A stretch of 64,000 bases of DNA from Candidatus Bathyarchaeia archaeon (lineage in GTDB: Archaea > Thermoproteota > Bathyarchaeia > Bathyarchaeales > Bathycorpusculaceae): contig JBEKKK010000004.1 of NCBI GenBank assembly GCA_050010755.1, forward strand, positions 1 to 64,000, written 5' to 3'. Shown piece after piece: positions 59,845-64,000 of this stretch (position 1 is the stretch's first letter; every line of letters starts with the position of its first letter). The position numbers and the translations under genes were made by a program. A model generated the notes under the pieces. It ran no database searches. It was not told where the DNA came from and saw only the letters and a list, made by a program, of their open reading frames with translations.

Positions 59845-60078
59845 TCACAGCAACGCGAAATCAGCTGACTTGATTCTTCCTCTCGAGTCCAGAGTAACTT
59901 CGAATTTCTCAGCCCAAGGATGCCCCTCCAAGTCTATAGGGCACGTTCCCCGAACGATCCAGATTTCCTGTTTCTGCTCAACCGTAGAAACCTCGACCCT
60001 ATCAGTGAACTTCCTCTTCTTGAGAAGCTCAACCGTTATCTGCTCCGCTGCTTCCTTCGTAATGACATTATCCTTCAT
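59845..60078 (-). CDS. Small hypothetical protein (PepSY-like pattern)
   Basis: ITKEAAEQI, WIVRG, FEVTLDSRGRIKS. Confidence 0.6.
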   Translation of the reverse strand: MKDNVITKEAAEQITVELLKKRKFTDRVEVSTVEQKQEIWIVRGTCPIDLEGHPWAEKFEVTLDSRGRIKSADFALL

Positions 60079-60241
60079 TGCGGTTCCTCGGGCAAGGCAA
60101 ATCGCCTTACTGTTCCTTTTGGAAGCATTAAAGGTTGTGAATGTAAAATCTTTAATCTGGATACATAGCAATCTCACGCTACACGATTACTGTCATGCCT
60201 ACTAGATAGATTCAAATCGAACAGGTGTCGTTGGTAACTCA

Positions 60242-61345
60242 ATGGTATTTCAACCGGAGAAGGCACCAATTAGCGAAAGGAGAAGAATAATATTCCATTT
60301 TGACATGGACCATTTTTTCACTGCTATCGAGGAGAGAGAACATCCTGAACTCAAAGGCAAGCCAGTAATTGTTGGAGCTGATCCGAAGGGAGGAACTGGA
60401 AGGGGAGTCGTTAGCACCTCTAATTATCTAGCTAGGGAGTTCGGTGTCAGGTCAGGCATGCCTATCTCAAGAGCCTGGAAACTGTGTCCAAACGCGGTCT
60501 ACATGCCTGTCAACTACAAGCTCTACTCGGAAGTCTCAAGTAGAATCATGGACATACTTCGAAGGCACGCGGACAAGTTTGAACAATGGGGCATCGATGA
60601 AGCCTTTCTGGACGTTACGGCAAAAGTCAACGACTACGTCTCCGCGAAGGCTCTCGCCATGCACATAAAGCACGGAATCTACAGACAGGAAAAATTGACG
60701 TCCTCAGTTGGGATAGGCTCGAACAAGCTGGTAGCAAAGATAGCCAGCGACTTCCAAAAACCCGACGGCTTAACTCTAGTCAAAGAGGAAGACATCGGAA
60801 AATTCCTAGCTCCGTTGGCTGTTCGGAAACTACTCTGGGTTGGAAGAAAGACTGGACAAAAACTGGAAGACATGGGCATAAAGACTGTGGGAGATTTGGC
60901 CCATTATGACGCTCAAATGTTGACTGATGCTTTCGGCGTGATGGGAAAACAGCTTCATCTGATGGCCCTTGGAATAGATAAGAGCGAAGTCCGTGAAAGA
61001 AACTGGGTTAAATCCATAAGCCGTGAGTTTACCTTTCAAGAAGACACGGATGACCTGGACTCCATTTTGAGAAATCTTGACATGCTGGCTGAAGAAGTGA
61101 ATAAGGATGCTCTGAACCAGCGGCTTCAATTTAAGACCGTCACAGTTAAGGTTAGATACTCAAACTTCGAAACCCACACCCACAGCAAAACGCTTCCCTT
61201 CATCACAGACCGCTTAATCGACTTGGAAAGAGCAGCACGCGAGCTTCTTCAGCCATATCTTAAGCTCGAACGAAAAATCAGACTCATAGGCGTAAGAGTG
61301 TCAAGTTTAGTCTCAAGCGAAAAACAAAGAAGGCTTTTTCAATGA
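60242..61345 (+). CDS. dinB: Y-family DNA polymerase IV, second paralog (DinB type)
   Basis: HFDMDHFF, RGVVSTSNYLAR, GIDEAFLD, KIASDFQKPDGL, IRLIGV, terminal QRRLF. Confidence 0.95.
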   Translation: MVFQPEKAPISERRRIIFHFDMDHFFTAIEEREHPELKGKPVIVGADPKGGTGRGVVSTSNYLAREFGVRSGMPISRAWKLCPNAVYMPVNYKLYSEVSSRIMDILRRHADKFEQWGIDEAFLDVTAKVNDYVSAKALAMHIKHGIYRQEKLTSSVGIGSNKLVAKIASDFQKPDGLTLVKEEDIGKFLAPLAVRKLLWVGRKTGQKLEDMGIKTVGDLAHYDAQMLTDAFGVMGKQLHLMALGIDKSEVRERNWVKSISREFTFQEDTDDLDSILRNLDMLAEEVNKDALNQRLQFKTVTVKVRYSNFETHTHSKTLPFITDRLIDLERAARELLQPYLKLERKIRLIGVRVSSLVSSEKQRRLFQ

Positions 61346-61900
61346 CCCTTTTTCTGTTGCCTAGTCTCAATCCTTCCCTTGACTCTTCGAATCTCGAGAA
61401 TGGGTTATCCGCATCCGAACAGGCGCCATGAACCAAGTCTTCGTCCTGAGCCCATGGAAAAGTCGCATCGTATCTCATCGCAAACAGGTGAATTAAATAA
61501 TTGGGGCCTTCCTGCAGATGAGCGATTGTACAGTGAGTTTAGATGTCGTTATGAGTGAGTTTTGAGTCTGAACAGAGCCTGCTGGCATGTCCATTCGCAA
61601 AACACAGTCTCCATCCAACTTAGTTCTGAAAAACTTTTTTTTCTCGCATCAAAAACCGCGCCCAAACTCAATGCTTCCCTTCTGTAATCTTTTCAGCATC
61701 CTAAATCACGCGCTCTTAACTTATTTAACAAGATCTGAGCACCTGGGAAGTAAGGTTGTCGAGGCACTGTTGCAAATGTCTTCGTTGAGTGATCTTCCGT
61801 CGAACAGTATTTTGTCACCCACCTTATACCTGAAAGCGCATTTCCCCTTTTGACTCAAAATCGCTACTTCAACCACGAATAAAACAATCTTCGAGTCATT

Positions 61901-62191
61901 TCAGCTGCTGATATTGTATTTCTCCCTTATTCTTTCGTCAGCTATCTTTGCAATCATCGCATTTGAAATAAGCACGCATTTTACTCCGACCAGTTCAGCA
62001 AGCTCCGCCGGCTTTTGATCTTGGGTGACCAGCAGCATGTCATGAGCCCTTGCGTAATCAACAACAACTTTGTCACTTGCCCCCCTTAAGCCCACGTCTT
62101 GAGCTGCCTGCACGTCCCACCCCAAAGTCTCAAAGTATTCCTTCAAGCCAGCATACATCTCATCAAGCAAAAGCTTCATTGCAGTCACCAC
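61901..62191 (-). CDS. PIN-like (DUF5615/Mut7-C-like) domain protein
   Basis: MKLLLDEM, GWDV, GASD, LLVTQD. Confidence 0.8.
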   Translation of the reverse strand: MVTAMKLLLDEMYAGLKEYFETLGWDVQAAQDVGLRGASDKVVVDYARAHDMLLVTQDQKPAELAELVGVKCVLISNAMIAKIADERIREKYNISS

Positions 62192-62321
62192 ATGTGCTCT
62201 AGTCCAGGTTTCCGATATATAGACGCTTCCTCAGAAGCGCAGACCCTTGTTCCTAAATACAATTTAAAAGTTTGCAGCCTCTGCTATCGACAAATTGTCA
62301 AGTGGGCACCATTGTGCCAAA

Positions 62322-62417
62322 TGGCGGGCCCGCAGGGATTCGAACCCCGGGTGTCCGGTCTTTTCAGATCTCCGGCTCCGAAGGCCGGTGCCTTAATCCA
62401 GACTGGGCTACGGGCCC
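62322..62417 (-). tRNA. tRNA-Arg(TCG) with 17-nt intron (62353-62369) at position 45/46; CCA encoded
   Basis: GGGCCCG/CGGGCCC acceptor, CCGGC-CTTCGGA-GCCGG anticodon arm, BHB CCGG-AGA / CCGG-ACA, T-loop TTCGAAT. Confidence 0.92.
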
Positions 62418-62637
62418 CCATCCAAGAATTGTTGCGAACTAATTAAAAGGGTTCCGAAATTCCTTTTAACGATTTTCGGGGCTCCTTTGACTATTTGCGT
62501 TTTCTGAAGTGTGCCAGGTTGTCTTTCTACATTAGGAACCCGCCCCCCCCCCATCCACCATCTCGGAACGCGCGCACTGAGCAAAAATTCTTAAAACGGC
62601 AACGGGAAATCAATACAACATTCCGGAAGGATCGAGC

Positions 62638-62931
62638 ATGATAAACCTGTTAATCATCACAATTCCAGTCGTCGTCATCGCCATCGCTGTCGTGCTCTAC
62701 GTTCTGTTTCCCAAGTTCGGACTGCACTACACGTCAGAACTGACGTGCCCAAAATGTGGAAAAACCTTTGACTACAACTGGGTTCCAGGAGGATCCTTCA
62801 CCGCCCTCCGACTTGGAAGCAAGAGATACATAAGCTGTCCACACTGCCACGAATGGTCCACCTACAACATAAAGTCAACCCGAACCGGCAAAGCAGAACC
62901 CGCCAATGGGAAGCGCGCGCCATTGAAATAG
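62638..62931 (+). CDS. Small membrane-anchored zinc-ribbon protein
   Basis: N-terminal TM, CPKCG and CPHC. Confidence 0.7.
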   Translation: MINLLIITIPVVVIAIAVVLYVLFPKFGLHYTSELTCPKCGKTFDYNWVPGGSFTALRLGSKRYISCPHCHEWSTYNIKSTRTGKAEPANGKRAPLK

Positions 62932-63028
62932 CTTGTATCAACTCTTTAGGAGCCATGAGCTAGATTAAAGAGGTAACAGAACGTCTTTATATGCTAGGTA
63001 TCTAACTTTGAACTGGTGGAGATAGAAT

Positions 63029-63253
63029 ATGAGACCTGAACATTATAAGCAGAATAGACCGATGAAGAAGGACAAACTCAAAGAAAAAGGCCGGACTAGC
63101 GTACCTCAACGTCGAGTGGTTGCAGCTGCTCAAAAAGCGAAAAACATCACTTCTCCGAAATTGCGTGAGGCTTACTCCACTAAAATAGAATGGATAACGA
63201 AGCTTATTCCCAAATTGAAGGAAGAAACCGAAGCGCCGAAAGAAAAAGAATAG
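63029..63253 (+). CDS. Small basic hypothetical protein
   Basis: 74 aa, GGAGA upstream. Confidence 0.5.
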   Translation: MRPEHYKQNRPMKKDKLKEKGRTSVPQRRVVAAAQKAKNITSPKLREAYSTKIEWITKLIPKLKEETEAPKEKE

Positions 63254-63513
63254 CTCAGATAAACCTGCGCACAAACTCTGGAAGACTTGCATCGGCTGTT
63301 TCCAGCGCGCTACTTTTTCAAAGATTTCGGCTAATGGACTTGCTCATTTCTTGATATCAGAAACAACATTTTGTTTTTCCCAAGTCCTTAAATAGGAATA
63401 AAAAGGGGAAGTGTGCACGATTCTATTTTGCCTATGTGGCGACATCTCCACTCTTCCAAGAGTCCGAAAACACTTAAAAACGGTCAATAGATTTATAATA
63501 GCTAACATTACCT

Positions 63514-63588
63514 GGGCCGGTAGCTCAGCTTGGCTTGAGCGTTCGGCTGATAACCGAAAGGTCGAGAGTTCAAATCTCTCCCGGCCCA
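63514..63588 (+). tRNA. tRNA-Ile(GAT)
   Basis: GGGCCGG/CCGGCCC acceptor, TTCGG-CTGATAA-CCGAA, GAGAG-TTCAAAT-CTCTC; TTTATAA box at 63492. Confidence 0.96.
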
Positions 63589-63865
63589 CTTTTTCATTCA
63601 CTTCGATTTCCTGAAAAACATGTACGTTTCAGGTGTCGTGCAAACATAGTCCAAGACACTTTCAACAAGTTGTTTGGCCTCTTCTGCGGTCTCTGCGGCT
63701 TTAGCGCGGGCTAACGGCTTCTTTATTTCCTAAAAGCTTATTGTACAGACAAGGAAAGAATTGGAAAGAGCTGAGGGCGCTGACAGTAGGGTCTAAGTGG
63801 TATCACATAGTATAGGCGGCAAGTTTTATAAACGGAATGAAACAGAAACCATCGCAGGTGATTCT

Positions 63866-64000
63866 TTGTCGAAAAATGATGACGATGTGTTAGAGGAATT
63901 GAAGAAGATCCGAGCATTGCTGGAACCAAAAGCTGCACCGCCCGCACCAAAAGGACTATGGGCCGAATTCATGGACTTCATCAGCAAGTACAAGGTTCTC
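63866..64000 (+). CDS. mscL: Large-conductance mechanosensitive channel (MscL-like), 5' part only
   Basis: Hand-translated: MSKNDDDVLEELKKIRALLEPKAAPPAPKGLWAEFMDFISKYKVL; EF.DFI.KYKVL resembles the MscL S1 helix; GGTGA upstream. Confidence 0.65.
   Translation, partial: MSKNDDDVLEELKKIRALLEPKAAPPAPKGLWAEFMDFISKYKVL

Larger units (their letters stand above)
62568..63714. repeat. Third cluster of TAGC-GCGC-GCTA-like palindromes (62568, 62911, 63303, 63701)
   Basis: ACGCGCGCACTG, AAGCGCGCGCCA, CAGCGCGCTA, TTAGCGCGGGCTAA. Confidence 0.55.

Noticed and set aside
61346-61900. Possible decayed gene between dinB and the PIN gene
   Set aside because: Multiple stops in the frames examined and no identifiable family motif

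Overview
Archaeal chromosomal window. Gene content fits Bathyarchaeia/TACK (inference): form III RuBisCO, type IB topoisomerase, Dpo4-type polymerase, archaeal Pok/Pps CoA route, and frequent TTG starts. Housekeeping and metabolic content includes rps12-rps7, RuBisCO with ribose-1,5-bisphosphate isomerase, CysRS, acyl-CoA enzymes, a tyrosine phenol-lyase-type lyase divergent from iorAB, LplA with LipS1/LipS2, a seven-gene CoA biosynthesis operon, RibK/RibL, Dph5, deoxyhypusine synthase, two Y-family polymerases and four tRNAs (Ala, Gln, Arg, Ile). The most unusual signals are: (i) a recurring 12-14 bp palindrome (TAGC-GCGC-GCTA-like) that brackets small orphan ORFs in a cassette-like way; (ii) a co-oriented run of HEXXH metallopeptidase, topoisomerase IB and a protein closely resembling the eukaryotic PNGase (Png1/NGLY1) core; (iii) tRNA-Arg(UCG) with a 17-nt BHB intron at non-canonical position 45/46; (iv) a possibly circularly permuted MscL. 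No CRISPR array, rRNA, integrase or transposase was seen. All assignments come from motif recognition by eye; no database searches were run.
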